Positions 1 through 9,785 of a stretch of 38,437 nucleotides of DNA are shown here, in pieces. The stretch lies in NCBI GenBank assembly GCA_002508635.1, contig DACO01000145.1:1-38437 (forward strand), in the 5' to 3' direction. Made by a program: the position numbers and the translations under genes. Below the pieces are notes generated by a model. That model ran no database searches and had not been told where the DNA came from. It saw only the letters and a list, made by a program, of their open reading frames with translations. How positions within the stretch are numbered: position 1 is the first letter of the stretch; every line of letters starts with the position of its first letter. The stretch comes from Methanolobus sp. UBA118 (lineage in GTDB: Archaea; Halobacteriota; Methanosarcinia; Methanosarcinales; Methanosarcinaceae).

Positions 1-7
1 TTTCTAC

Positions 8-709
8 ATGCCTTCCACAAACCCCTCAGAAAATAAGACACCTCACATGCCAGAGGATTATGATACAAAGATTTCCTCTGTCCTCCCATATTATTCATCT
101 TTCCATCAGGAAACTATCAATCTTGTGAAATCCTTTCCATATGAACCGATGGTCTGGATGGATACGGGATGCGGTACAGGCTCACTTGTAAGCAAAGCTA
201 TCGGGCAATTCCCAGACACCAAATTCCTCATGCTCGATCCATCGGAAGGAATGCTGGAACAAGCAAGGGAAAAGTTGTCCTCATATCCCTGTGAGAGACT
301 TGAATTCCTGAGAGCTTCACCAACACAGGAGTTCCCACAGGAGCTTGAGAAAAAACCCGATGTTATCACTGCCATCCAGTGCCACCACTATCTTGATCGT
401 GAGACCAGGGCTAAAGCCGTAAAAAAGTGCTATGAACTGCTAAAAGACGGTGGCATTTTCATCACCTTCGAGAATATCAGCCCTCTTACAGAGGAAGGAA
501 TCTCTGTAGGGAAAAGATACTGGGGCAGGTTCCAGTCGGAACAGGGCAGGACTGATGATGAAATTGAACAGCACCTTAAGCGCTTTGGAACTGAATATTT
601 CCCCATAAACATCGAAGAACATCTGAAACTACTACGTAAAACAGGATTCAGGACAGTTGAAATGTTCTGGTATTCCTATATGCAGGCTGGTTTTTACTGT
701 ATCAAGTAG
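8..709 (+). CDS. Class I SAM-dependent methyltransferase (CmoA-like)
   Basis: 233 aa; motif I WMDTGCGTG, acidic LDPSEGML motif, post-II AIQCHHY, LKDGGIFI. Confidence 0.85.
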   Translation: MPSTNPSENKTPHMPEDYDTKISSVLPYYSSFHQETINLVKSFPYEPMVWMDTGCGTGSLVSKAIGQFPDTKFLMLDPSEGMLEQAREKLSSYPCERLEFLRASPTQEFPQELEKKPDVITAIQCHHYLDRETRAKAVKKCYELLKDGGIFITFENISPLTEEGISVGKRYWGRFQSEQGRTDDEIEQHLKRFGTEYFPINIEEHLKLLRKTGFRTVEMFWYSYMQAGFYCIK

Positions 710-859
710 TTACTTTCCGAAATCTTAAATCCCATGCCTCACAAGTTCTCAATGGGAGCAGGGAAAGTTATCGGTCATCAGGCCCATAAGATATCTTAGT
801 TAAACTGCTATACAGAGGCCCTCCCATCAGATTCATATGGTAATTGAGGAGGAATAATT

Positions 860-2152
860 GTGGGGGAAGCAGGGGAATTTCCACCGGGATTTGAGGACGT
901 ACTGAATTTCAGACTTTCAGATGCGCTTTTTGGAAGAAGAGCACGTCGTTTTTTCATGGGAGCATCAATCCCGGACGGCTACTTCAAATATACGTCAGAA
1001 CATGAAGCCATGCCACTCTCAGAACTTGAGCAGATGACGGTGCTGACCGCGATGGGAGCAAACACTGGCTGGCACAATCTGATCATGCGGGGAGAAAACT
1101 ATGCTCCGTACCTGTCAAACTATGCCTGCACCGCAGGAGGCAGAACCTTTCCGTCAGCAGCCGGATTCCATACCAGTGAAATCTTCTTTACGGATGACCA
1201 TGGCACCTATATGCTTAATACACGGGATGCACCTGCTCTCGCCAGACGAAAGGACGACGGCACCTTCTATCCTGAGGAACTGCTGGAAGCGCACCGCAGC
1301 CACATACACAAATTATACGACGGCAGACTGATATTGCCATCAGAGACGCCTCATGTGGAAGCGCACAACACCTGGGTGGTCAATCATCCCGGCACCACAT
1401 TGATCATACCCGTGGGCGACCTTGCACAGCATGTACTGGCAGGCCTGTTTTATTATACACAGAACGGTGTCTGTTTTTATGATGACGTGAACGGAAATCA
1501 GATAGAAGGGATCGAGCAGTTCTCGGATATAGTGAATACAGAAGAGCCATTCCCGATAACCTTCCTGGAGATGTGGTCCCTTGCCGAGCTGAGTGCGGAA
1601 CTCTCGACTGCCTGTTATGCAGGTATGATGATGCTGCAGGCCATGGGACTTGGGGGATGGATGTTCGATGGCATAGATCCCTATTCCGTTCTCGGGGCAA
1701 GCGGCGACCCTAAGGTAAAGGGTTTGGGTTTCAGATACGATACAGATAAGCGCTGGCCGCTTCCCAATCCAACAGGAATTGAAGGTATCTTTGAAGGATT
1801 TACACCGCCACATTACCCTGATATGCGTCATGCCGTTGATGCTCTCATGGACAGGAAATTCGGCCGTGGGGGACCATTCAACCCCGAAACACCGGGTTAC
1901 TACGAGGACACGCCCGGAGTGCGTGCAAGTGCAAAGGTACCTGATGAGCATTTCAGGGAATGCGTAGCTCTCCAGGCCCAGTATATCTATGATACTTTCG
2001 GCAAGTTCCCGGGAACCGTACCCAGCATCTTTGTCCTGACCTATCTACAGGCACAGCACATAGACCTTGATTTCTATGATCATTTCTACAAAAAAGGAGC
2101 ATATCTTAAAACACATGCAGAACATATGAAGAAATGGCATCCGGACAGATAA
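860..2152 (+). CDS. Conserved hypothetical protein, probable nitroreductase-like (FMN-binding) fold
   Basis: 430 aa, GTG start after GAGGAGG RBS; RRARRF, GRTFPSAAG and QAMGLGGW segments resemble nitroreductase/SagB motifs (inference). Confidence 0.6.
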   Translation: MGEAGEFPPGFEDVLNFRLSDALFGRRARRFFMGASIPDGYFKYTSEHEAMPLSELEQMTVLTAMGANTGWHNLIMRGENYAPYLSNYACTAGGRTFPSAAGFHTSEIFFTDDHGTYMLNTRDAPALARRKDDGTFYPEELLEAHRSHIHKLYDGRLILPSETPHVEAHNTWVVNHPGTTLIIPVGDLAQHVLAGLFYYTQNGVCFYDDVNGNQIEGIEQFSDIVNTEEPFPITFLEMWSLAELSAELSTACYAGMMMLQAMGLGGWMFDGIDPYSVLGASGDPKVKGLGFRYDTDKRWPLPNPTGIEGIFEGFTPPHYPDMRHAVDALMDRKFGRGGPFNPETPGYYEDTPGVRASAKVPDEHFRECVALQAQYIYDTFGKFPGTVPSIFVLTYLQAQHIDLDFYDHFYKKGAYLKTHAEHMKKWHPDR

Positions 2153-2165
2153 TCAGGGTGATAGG

Positions 2166-2504
2166 GTGGAAAATAAGCTAAACGAAGAAAACAAAGTTGA
2201 TAGCAGTAGTGTTAATGTTGATGTTACTGTGGTTATAGCCGATAACCCCGGGGAACTGGAGTTGGATGAAGCCGGATACTTCAGGATCGTGCCGGACCAG
2301 GAAAGAATGCTGATCCTGGCAAAACACTATTCCTATGATAAAGAACTACTGACGGTAATTGAAGGTCCGGATGCAAGGTCGATCTACCGGATAATCATCA
2401 AATACGGTTGGGCAAGTACACTCAACCATGCAGCCTATCTGGGTCAGGAACTGGCACGTGCCGAGATCGCAATGAAGATAGGATTTGATTATGTTCAGGG
2501 CTAA
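2166..2504 (+). CDS. DUF4346-like domain protein
   Basis: LDEAGYFRI and HAAYLGQELARAE...G..YVQ signature; starts 13 nt after the upstream gene. Confidence 0.7.
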   Translation: MENKLNEENKVDSSSVNVDVTVVIADNPGELELDEAGYFRIVPDQERMLILAKHYSYDKELLTVIEGPDARSIYRIIIKYGWASTLNHAAYLGQELARAEIAMKIGFDYVQG

Positions 2505-2519
2505 AAAATGAGGCCAGCT

Positions 2520-3677
2520 TCAGTACCTGAGCAATGCACCTACAACATAATCCTGATCAGGAAAGTCCTCTTCTTTCACAAACTCCACATCCGCACCTGT
2601 GCGCTGCGCAAGTTCGTAGAATTCCTCCAGTATATTCACCTTTGATGTCGGTCCCCCGCATCTTTCACACTCTTCAGGCGGCCTGGCATTTGGCTGCAGG
2701 TTCTGGTATCTTTCACAGATCCAGCCGGGAACCGACGAAGCTCTCCGCATCAAAAGGACATTTACCCGTGCCTGTTCAAGAGCTTGCCCGACATCTTTCA
2801 CACCTGCAACTGCAAGACCACCCTTTAGTATCTCGCTCTTGAACTTTTTTGCCCATCTGTTTGATTCCGCAAGTTCTTCTTCCTGTAATACGGAGTTCCC
2901 TGACTCAATTAACTCATCTTTTGGAATATCCATAGGTAAGTCAATTACGTCAAGTATGCTATTGCGAACCTCTTCCGGAAGCATTTCCTGAAGCTGCTGC
3001 TTGGCATTTCCAGGTCCTGCAAGAACCAGACCCTTTGTTTTCAGTTGTCCGCAGGTATCCTGAACGTTTCCGGCAACTTCCGTAAAGAAGGATTTCATCG
3101 CTTCCTTTCTCTGGCGGTTGAAACGCATCTGGCTCCAACCTCCCTTTTTGTGTTTGTTCATCAGGTCGGTGGACAGGTGTTCCCTCTCCTCCGCAAGGTC
3201 CGAACGTATACAAACGAATCTGGCCTCCTGTGAATCAACAAGAAGCATCCCGTAATCCTCATAGTCTGCACGCAGTCTTGCCAGGGGTAGCAGATAAGGA
3301 GAGGTGTCAAGTACAAGGGACCTTTCCGGCTCCACTGCAAGCCTGTAGACCTGCAGGAAAGATTCCGGTGAAGATACAAATATTATCCTGCCCTTCTCGC
3401 CTGAGACCGCTGGTTCGAAAATATATTCCTCCGCCATTTCCAGAGTTTTTTCAAAATCCGATAGCAACTCTCCTGTCATAACTTCCTTTATTGCCTTTAT
3501 CCTGGAATCCAGGAAAATTTTATTCGGATGCTCGTTTTCCCTGCCTCCCACCGGCAGATAGACTGAAAGATAGACATCCTCTTCAGTATATATCTCAGCC
3601 AGTGTCCTGATATCTATATCAGTAACAGGTACAGGAACTTCAGTAACCAGGTTTCTAAACGTTTCTTCAGGATTCAT
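2520..3677 (-). CDS. aRF1/eRF1-related peptide release factor paralogue (VLRF1/baeRF-type)
   Basis: HKKGGWSQMRFNRQR catalytic-loop variant, LVLAGPG, C-terminal Zn-ribbon insert and VGALLRY end typical of eRF1 domain 3. Confidence 0.8.
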   Translation of the reverse strand: MNPEETFRNLVTEVPVPVTDIDIRTLAEIYTEEDVYLSVYLPVGGRENEHPNKIFLDSRIKAIKEVMTGELLSDFEKTLEMAEEYIFEPAVSGEKGRIIFVSSPESFLQVYRLAVEPERSLVLDTSPYLLPLARLRADYEDYGMLLVDSQEARFVCIRSDLAEEREHLSTDLMNKHKKGGWSQMRFNRQRKEAMKSFFTEVAGNVQDTCGQLKTKGLVLAGPGNAKQQLQEMLPEEVRNSILDVIDLPMDIPKDELIESGNSVLQEEELAESNRWAKKFKSEILKGGLAVAGVKDVGQALEQARVNVLLMRRASSVPGWICERYQNLQPNARPPEECERCGGPTSKVNILEEFYELAQRTGADVEFVKEEDFPDQDYVVGALLRY

Positions 3678-3849
3678 ATAAAAAAATGAGATTCACCTGT
3701 ACTTAAATCTAAGGATTATCAAAGTTCTTAAATGTCATCGCAAATATAGCCTGTATGGGAGCATTGACAATTTCCACTTCAAAAGATCAGGAACTTCCGG
3801 TCTTCTTCCAGTGGAACTGACACAGTAATGAGAAACATAGTAAATAGGC

Positions 3850-3878
3850 ATTAAATGTTAACATCGTTAACATTTAAT
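3850..3878. promoter_or_regulatory. Perfect 13-3-13 inverted repeat, candidate operator upstream of cysE-cysK
   Basis: ATTAAATGTTAAC-ATC-GTTAACATTTAAT in the divergent intergenic region, 70 nt before the cysE start. Confidence 0.55.
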
Positions 3879-3948
3879 AATGTCTGAATCAATCTATTAA
3901 ATAAAAATCGGCCTGAACACGGGTCTGAAAATAAAGCTGGGCAATAAT

Positions 3949-4935
3949 ATGGGTAGTGAAACAGAAACTGAAATGAGAAAATGCACAATCCTCAGTTCCA
4001 TGATCGATAACAGGTACCGTGCAGAGATTCCAGAGATCGTAGATATGGTAGCTTCGAGTTGCTCTGACAAAAACTGTTTTGATCACCTGGATGCTGCAGT
4101 GATACCTTCAAGGGAGGCTATGATCGAGATCATAGAACTGCTCAGGGATGTGCTGTTTCCCGGTTATTTCGGTGACCAGACAGTTGACAGGAGTGTTCTG
4201 CCATACCATATCGGTAATGAGATAACAACACTCTTCGAAAAGCTGTCAAAACAGATCTCTAACAGCATCATCCATGATTGCGACAGATATGAGGAGAATT
4301 GCACCGAATGTCTCGAACAGGGTCAGGAGGAGACCATCAGATTCCTGAAAAAGATCCCTGAAATCCGTTCCCTGCTTGCATCGGACATTATAGCCGCATA
4401 CGAAGGAGACCCCGCAGCTAAAAGTCATGATGAGATCATCTTCAGCTATCCCGGCATTTTTGCCATGACGGTCTACAGGTCAGCCCACGAGCTGCACAAA
4501 CAGGGAATCTCCATAATCCCGCGGATAATGACAGAACATGCCCACAGTGTCGTAGGAATCGATATCCATCCCGGAGCTCGGATCGGGAAAGGATTCTTTA
4601 TCGACCACGGCACAGGTGTGGTTATCGGGGAAACCTGCGAGATCGGTGATAACGTGCGAGTCTATCAGGGAGTTACTCTTGGATCACTGAGCTTCCCAAA
4701 GGATGAGACAGGACAGATCATCCGTGGTCAAAAGAGACATCCTACCATAGAGGATGACGTTATCATCTATTCCAATGCCACCATCCTTGGCGGGGATACC
4801 ACCATCGGGGCACGCTCGGTTATCGGTGGTAACGTATGGCTTACAAAATCGGTTCCACCTGACACCAAGGTCATCATAGCGGAACCGGATCTGATATTCA
4901 AAGAAAAGAACCAGAAGGGGAGTTTAAGCAAATGA
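3949..4935 (+). CDS. cysE: Serine O-acetyltransferase (EpsC-type CysE)
   Basis: [32 protein letters not shown] and KRHPTI hexapeptide motifs; stop overlaps cysK start. Confidence 0.93.
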   Translation: MGSETETEMRKCTILSSMIDNRYRAEIPEIVDMVASSCSDKNCFDHLDAAVIPSREAMIEIIELLRDVLFPGYFGDQTVDRSVLPYHIGNEITTLFEKLSKQISNSIIHDCDRYEENCTECLEQGQEETIRFLKKIPEIRSLLASDIIAAYEGDPAAKSHDEIIFSYPGIFAMTVYRSAHELHKQGISIIPRIMTEHAHSVVGIDIHPGARIGKGFFIDHGTGVVIGETCEIGDNVRVYQGVTLGSLSFPKDETGQIIRGQKRHPTIEDDVIIYSNATILGGDTTIGARSVIGGNVWLTKSVPPDTKVIIAEPDLIFKEKNQKGSLSK

Positions 4936-5876
4936 GCAAGATCTACGAAGACATAACAAAAACAGTTGGTAACACACCTTTAGTCAAGTTGAACAGGATC
5001 ACCGAAGGATGCCATGCAACCGTACTTGCAAAGGTCGAATCCTTCAATCCGTTAAGCTCGGTAAAGGACCGTATTGCTCTGAGTATGATAGAAACGGCCG
5101 AAAAAGAAGGATACATAAAGACAGATACCGTTGTCATCGAGCCCACGTCCGGAAACACGGGTATCGGCCTGGCATTCGTCTGTGCCGCAAAGGGCTACCG
5201 CCTGATACTTACCATGCCTGAGACAATGAGTGTGGAGAGAAGGAAGATAATGAAAATGCTGGGTGCGGAGATCGTTCTCACACCCGGTCCGGGAGGAATG
5301 CCCGGAGCCATCGAAGAGGCTGAGAAGATGGGAAAGGAGATGCAAAATGCCTTTGTACCGCACCAGTTCCTCAATCCCGCGAATCCTGAGATACACCGAA
5401 AGACAACAGCCGAGGAAATATGGAACGATACTGATGGTGCCGTGGATATACTCGTGGCCGGGGTTGGTACCGGAGGAACCATTACCGGAGTATCTGAGGT
5501 TATAAAATCACGCAAGCCGGAGTTCAGGGCAGTTGCAGTGGAACCGGAGGAGTCACCGGTACTTTCAGGAGGAAAACCCGGACCACATAAGATACAGGGA
5601 ATCGGTGCCGGCTTCGTTCCTGATATCCTGAATACTGACATCATCGATGAAGTTATTAAGGTAAACAGCGACGATGCTTTCAAGACCGGGCAGGAGCTCG
5701 CCAGAAAGGAAGGTATCCTTGCGGGCATCTCATGTGGTGCAGCCCTTCATGCTGCACTGGAACTTGCGAGAAGGAAAGAAAATGAAGGCAAGGTCATTGT
5801 GGTTGTCCTGCCTGACACTGGTGAGAGATATCTGAGTACTCCACTTGCAGATACCGGGACAGAGAAAAAGGCCTGA
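4932..5876 (+). CDS. cysK: Cysteine synthase A (O-acetylserine sulfhydrylase)
   Basis: [12 protein letters not shown] lysine, [34 protein letters not shown]. Confidence 0.97.
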   Translation: MSKIYEDITKTVGNTPLVKLNRITEGCHATVLAKVESFNPLSSVKDRIALSMIETAEKEGYIKTDTVVIEPTSGNTGIGLAFVCAAKGYRLILTMPETMSVERRKIMKMLGAEIVLTPGPGGMPGAIEEAEKMGKEMQNAFVPHQFLNPANPEIHRKTTAEEIWNDTDGAVDILVAGVGTGGTITGVSEVIKSRKPEFRAVAVEPEESPVLSGGKPGPHKIQGIGAGFVPDILNTDIIDEVIKVNSDDAFKTGQELARKEGILAGISCGAALHAALELARRKENEGKVIVVVLPDTGERYLSTPLADTGTEKKA

Positions 5877-5940
5877 AAAATCTACATAGCAGAAAATAAA
5901 AAGAGTTAATCATAAAAACCCTCCGCCCTAAATAGAAGCA

Positions 5941-7029
5941 ATGGAACGCGTGATCATCCATGTTGACATGGACTACTTTTATGCAGCCATAGAGGAAAGG
6001 GAGGACCCCTCCCTTAAGGGCAAGGCGGTGGTCGTATGCATGTATTCCAACCGCGGTGAGGAGGGCGGAGCTGTAAGTACATGCAATTACGTGGCAAGGG
6101 ATGCGGGTATCCGTTCTGCCATGCCATGCAGGCAGGCAAAGTCCCTGGATCCTGATGCCGTATTTCTTCCGGTACGCAAACCTTTCTATGAAAAAGTATC
6201 AGCCAGCGTGATGGAGATCCTGCGTTCAAATGCCGATAACGAGGAAAGCTTTGAGAAGATAAGTATAGACGAAGCCTTTCTGGAAATTACCAATTCCTCA
6301 GATTCCGATTTTGATAAGGCCAGAGAGATCGGGATTAGAATCAAGGAAGAGGTCAGGGAAAGGGAAAGGATTACCTGCTCGGTGGGAATCGGTCCCAATA
6401 AACTCATAGCCAAGATGGCATCCTCTTTTAAGAAACCAGACGGTATAACCATTGTAAGACCAGAAGAAGTGAAGGATTTCCTGAGACCCATGCCTGTGAA
6501 AAAGCTCTGGGGTATCGGCGGTGTCACCGAAGAGAAGCTTGCTGAAATGGGTGTTGAAACCATTGCTGAACTTGAAGAACATGACATACTGGAACTCATC
6601 TCTGTTTTCGGGAAGAATAAGGGAACATGGCTCAAGCAGGCAGCATCGGGTGTGGATGAAAACCCCGTAAAAGAGAGAACGGCAAGTGACCAGATAGGAA
6701 GGATGGCTTCACTAAAACATGATACCAGGGATAAGAAGATGATCTTCTCTTTGCTGGATGAACTTGCAGATGATGTCATGTCCAGGGTCAGGTCACGGAA
6801 AGTCGGTTTTAGGTCAGTGACCGTAACTGTTATTTTATCAAATTTCAAAACATCTACCAAAAGCCGGACTTTCAACCACCCGGTCTCCGATGTGGAATCC
6901 CTTAAGGAGAATGCAAAGCAGATGATGCAGCAGTTTCTTGAGGAAAGCACTTTGAACTTCAGGCGTATCGGAGTAAGGGTTGGAAGCCTTCATGAGACAG
7001 CAGGACAGAAAAGTCTGTTCGATTTCTGA
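5941..7029 (+). CDS. dinB: DNA polymerase IV (Y family)
   Basis: IHVDMDYFYAAIE, SIDEAFL, NKLIAKMAS..KKPDG, LWGIG; C-terminal PIP box QKSLFDF. Confidence 0.95.
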   Translation: MERVIIHVDMDYFYAAIEEREDPSLKGKAVVVCMYSNRGEEGGAVSTCNYVARDAGIRSAMPCRQAKSLDPDAVFLPVRKPFYEKVSASVMEILRSNADNEESFEKISIDEAFLEITNSSDSDFDKAREIGIRIKEEVRERERITCSVGIGPNKLIAKMASSFKKPDGITIVRPEEVKDFLRPMPVKKLWGIGGVTEEKLAEMGVETIAELEEHDILELISVFGKNKGTWLKQAASGVDENPVKERTASDQIGRMASLKHDTRDKKMIFSLLDELADDVMSRVRSRKVGFRSVTVTVILSNFKTSTKSRTFNHPVSDVESLKENAKQMMQQFLEESTLNFRRIGVRVGSLHETAGQKSLFDF

Positions 7030-7039
7030 GGATATTAAG

Positions 7040-7897
7040 ATGCCTGAAACAAATAACGCTTACAGGGGTAACAGACCAGGTGAAAGTAAGTGGAGAGGCG
7101 AGCTATATGATATTATCTTTGAGGCCGAAACCCCTGCCGGTAAATATTTTGATCTCCTGCTGATCGTAAGTATTATCCTGAGTGTTATTGTGGTAATGCT
7201 GGACAGTATCAGTTCAGTAAGAAACAGTCATGGACAGGTGCTTCACGATCTTGAGTGGTTCTTTACTATCATTTTTACAATAGAGTACTTTCTCCGCCTT
7301 TTATGTGTCCGGGACAGGATAAAATATGCTGCCAGTCCGCTTGGTATTGTCGATCTAATAGCGATAATACCCACATATATGAGCCTCTTCCTCCCCGGAA
7401 GCCAGTTCCTGCTTGTGATAAGGGTACTGAGGGTATTGAGGATATTCCGTGTCCTCAAACTGGTACACTATGTCAGTGAAGCTGAGATGCTTGCAAGAGC
7501 CCTGCGTGCAAGCAGACAAAAGATTACCGTCTTCCTGTTCACGGTACTGACCCTTGTGGTAATACTCGGCTCCCTGATGTACCTGATAGAGGGTGAAGAG
7601 AACGGTTTTACCAGCATACCCACAAGCATATTCTGGGCAATCGTAACTCTCACGACCGTGGGTTTTGGTGACATTGTGCCCCAGACACCCCTTGGCAGGA
7701 CACTGGCATCTGTAATAATGATACTTGGTTACAGCATAATAGCTGTCCCAACGGGTATTGTCACATCAGAGATCAGCTTTGCTTCCATGGAAGAGAGGAG
7801 AAGAACAGAACCTCAAAGAATATGCCCGGAGTGTGGGAACCCTGAGCATGACAATGATGCTCTCTTCTGCAAACATTGCGGAACAGGGATTCTGTAG
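7040..7897 (+). CDS. Voltage-gated potassium channel-type ion transporter with C-terminal Zn ribbon
   Basis: 6-TM layout, S4 RVLRVLRIFRVLK, filter TTVGFGD, CPEC...CKHC tail; the ATG at 7040 follows GAGG and avoids the dinB overlap of the 6980 ORF call. Confidence 0.9.
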   Translation: MPETNNAYRGNRPGESKWRGELYDIIFEAETPAGKYFDLLLIVSIILSVIVVMLDSISSVRNSHGQVLHDLEWFFTIIFTIEYFLRLLCVRDRIKYAASPLGIVDLIAIIPTYMSLFLPGSQFLLVIRVLRVLRIFRVLKLVHYVSEAEMLARALRASRQKITVFLFTVLTLVVILGSLMYLIEGEENGFTSIPTSIFWAIVTLTTVGFGDIVPQTPLGRTLASVIMILGYSIIAVPTGIVTSEISFASMEERRRTEPQRICPECGNPEHDNDALFCKHCGTGIL

Positions 7898-8081
7898 ATA
7901 TTCCGGACCCTGCTATATCTGAATCATCATTATCATCATTCCTTTTTATACGGATATATATAAATAAGAGAACAGGACAACTTTTTTCCATCAAGAACTG
8001 ACTCTATAAATATAGAGTGTCATTTATAAATTAACTGAAAACACGTTGTCAAAAAGAGGGATTCATATATCAAGCTATGAA

Positions 8082-9671
8082 ATGAAAAACGAAGATGAAA
8101 AGAATTTTCAGCTTGATCTACTCAGAAAAACACTCGGATCCATACAGGATCTTGTTGTGGTTATAGACAGGGATCTCAGAATAGTTACAAGCAACTGGAA
8201 AAACTGCGATTCAATACCCTCAAGGGAAAAGCAGGGTCATCCTTACTGTTATAGCTGCCTCATGAAACGCAGCACCCCCTGTGAACCATGTCACCTGCTC
8301 GAGGTATTTACCACAGGAAGATGTAAGAAGTTCGAGATAGAGGATCCTCTTGACGGAAAGACTAAGGCCATTGAACTATCTCCCATCTTTGACGGGAATA
8401 ACCGTGTCACCATGGTCGTGCGACATTCAAAGGACATCACCGAACGCAAGAATGTGGAAAAGATCCTGAAGATGAGAGAGCGCCAGCATGCAGCAGTGGC
8501 AAGATTGGGACAGCAGGGACTGTCCGGAACGGATCTTGACCTGCTCATGAAGGAAGCCGTAAAACTTGTTTCCCGGACACTGGATGTTGAGTACTGCAGG
8601 ATAATGAAGCAGGAGAAGGAGGGTGACTTTGTGATGCTGGCCGGTGTCGGCTGGGAAGAAGACCGGGATGAAGACATCTCTCCGGAAGAAAGTGACAACG
8701 GACAGAACATACTCTGCTACACACTCTACAACGGAGAAACATCCATCGTGGACCACAGCGAAACAAAGGACAAGTTCAGTGGTTATTCATTGCTCAGGGA
8801 TCATGATCAAGTCAGCGGTATGGATGTGCTCATCGGCAGCAGGGACAGGCCATTTGGAACCATGAACGTCCATACAGCCCAGAAAAGGATGTTCACAGAG
8901 GACGATATACATTTTGTACAGTCCGTAGCAAACGTACTTGCGGAATCCATCAACCGCAGGGAAAACGAACAGAGACTGGAAAAATACACAAAAGAGCTCG
9001 AGGACACCACCGAGCTTAAGGTACTATTTGCAGATATTCTCACCCACGACCTTCTCAACCCGGCAAATGTTATCCGCGGATTCACAGAGGAACTCATCAT
9101 CCTCGAGCACGATGAGAGTAAACAAAAGCTGCTCGACAAGGTCCACACGAACAATGAGAAACTCATCGAGATGATGGAATCCGCTGCAAAGTTCATCAAA
9201 CTCGAATCTGTCAACGATATCAGTTTCGAGGAGCAGGACGTTGTACCCCTGCTTGAAAAAAGTATCAGGAATTTCAGGGATAATATCGATAAAAAGAATA
9301 TCGATCTCGTGTTTAATCCGGCATGCAAGTGCAAAGTTATGGCAAGTCCTCTTATCGAAGAGGTCTTTATCAATCTGCTCAGCAATGCTATAAAATACAG
9401 TCCTTATGAAGGGAAAATCGTTGTCAGCTCCACTGACCTTGGTGACAGATGCAGGATACAGGTTACGGATTTTGGTCCCGGTATCAGTAATGAAGACAAA
9501 CCAAGGATATTTGATAGATTCAGACAGGCTGACAAAGGCAGTGTCAAGGGCAGCGGACTTGGTCTTGCAATCGTGAAAAGAGTCGTTGACCTGCACAGAG
9601 GAGAGGTAGGGGTCGATGATAATCCTCTTGGAAACGGCAGTATCTTCTGGGTAAACCTGAAAAAAGCTTAG
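8082..9671 (+). CDS. PAS-GAF sensor histidine kinase
   Basis: PAS ending DITERK, GAF ending FTEDDIHF, H-box THDLLNP, N-box NLLSNAIKY, DFGPGI and GSGLGL; start at 8082 (ATG) or 8046 (TTG). Confidence 0.92.
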   Translation: MKNEDEKNFQLDLLRKTLGSIQDLVVVIDRDLRIVTSNWKNCDSIPSREKQGHPYCYSCLMKRSTPCEPCHLLEVFTTGRCKKFEIEDPLDGKTKAIELSPIFDGNNRVTMVVRHSKDITERKNVEKILKMRERQHAAVARLGQQGLSGTDLDLLMKEAVKLVSRTLDVEYCRIMKQEKEGDFVMLAGVGWEEDRDEDISPEESDNGQNILCYTLYNGETSIVDHSETKDKFSGYSLLRDHDQVSGMDVLIGSRDRPFGTMNVHTAQKRMFTEDDIHFVQSVANVLAESINRRENEQRLEKYTKELEDTTELKVLFADILTHDLLNPANVIRGFTEELIILEHDESKQKLLDKVHTNNEKLIEMMESAAKFIKLESVNDISFEEQDVVPLLEKSIRNFRDNIDKKNIDLVFNPACKCKVMASPLIEEVFINLLSNAIKYSPYEGKIVVSSTDLGDRCRIQVTDFGPGISNEDKPRIFDRFRQADKGSVKGSGLGLAIVKRVVDLHRGEVGVDDNPLGNGSIFWVNLKKA

Positions 9672-9785
9672 ATGCCTTTTTATTCGGAAACTGTTCCCAA
9701 AGGCTTTTTATTCCACGCTATCCCACCTATATATGAGTTTATCAGATAGTAACTTAAGATCTATTTTAAGATCGGGGGCTTTGAA

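Noticed and set aside
769-786. Weak motif-like sequence TATCGGTCATCAGGCCCA and alternative CCCAT/ATGGG pairings upstream of gene 860
   Set aside because: It matches only 11 of 18 positions of copy I and the pairings are short; consistent with chance.
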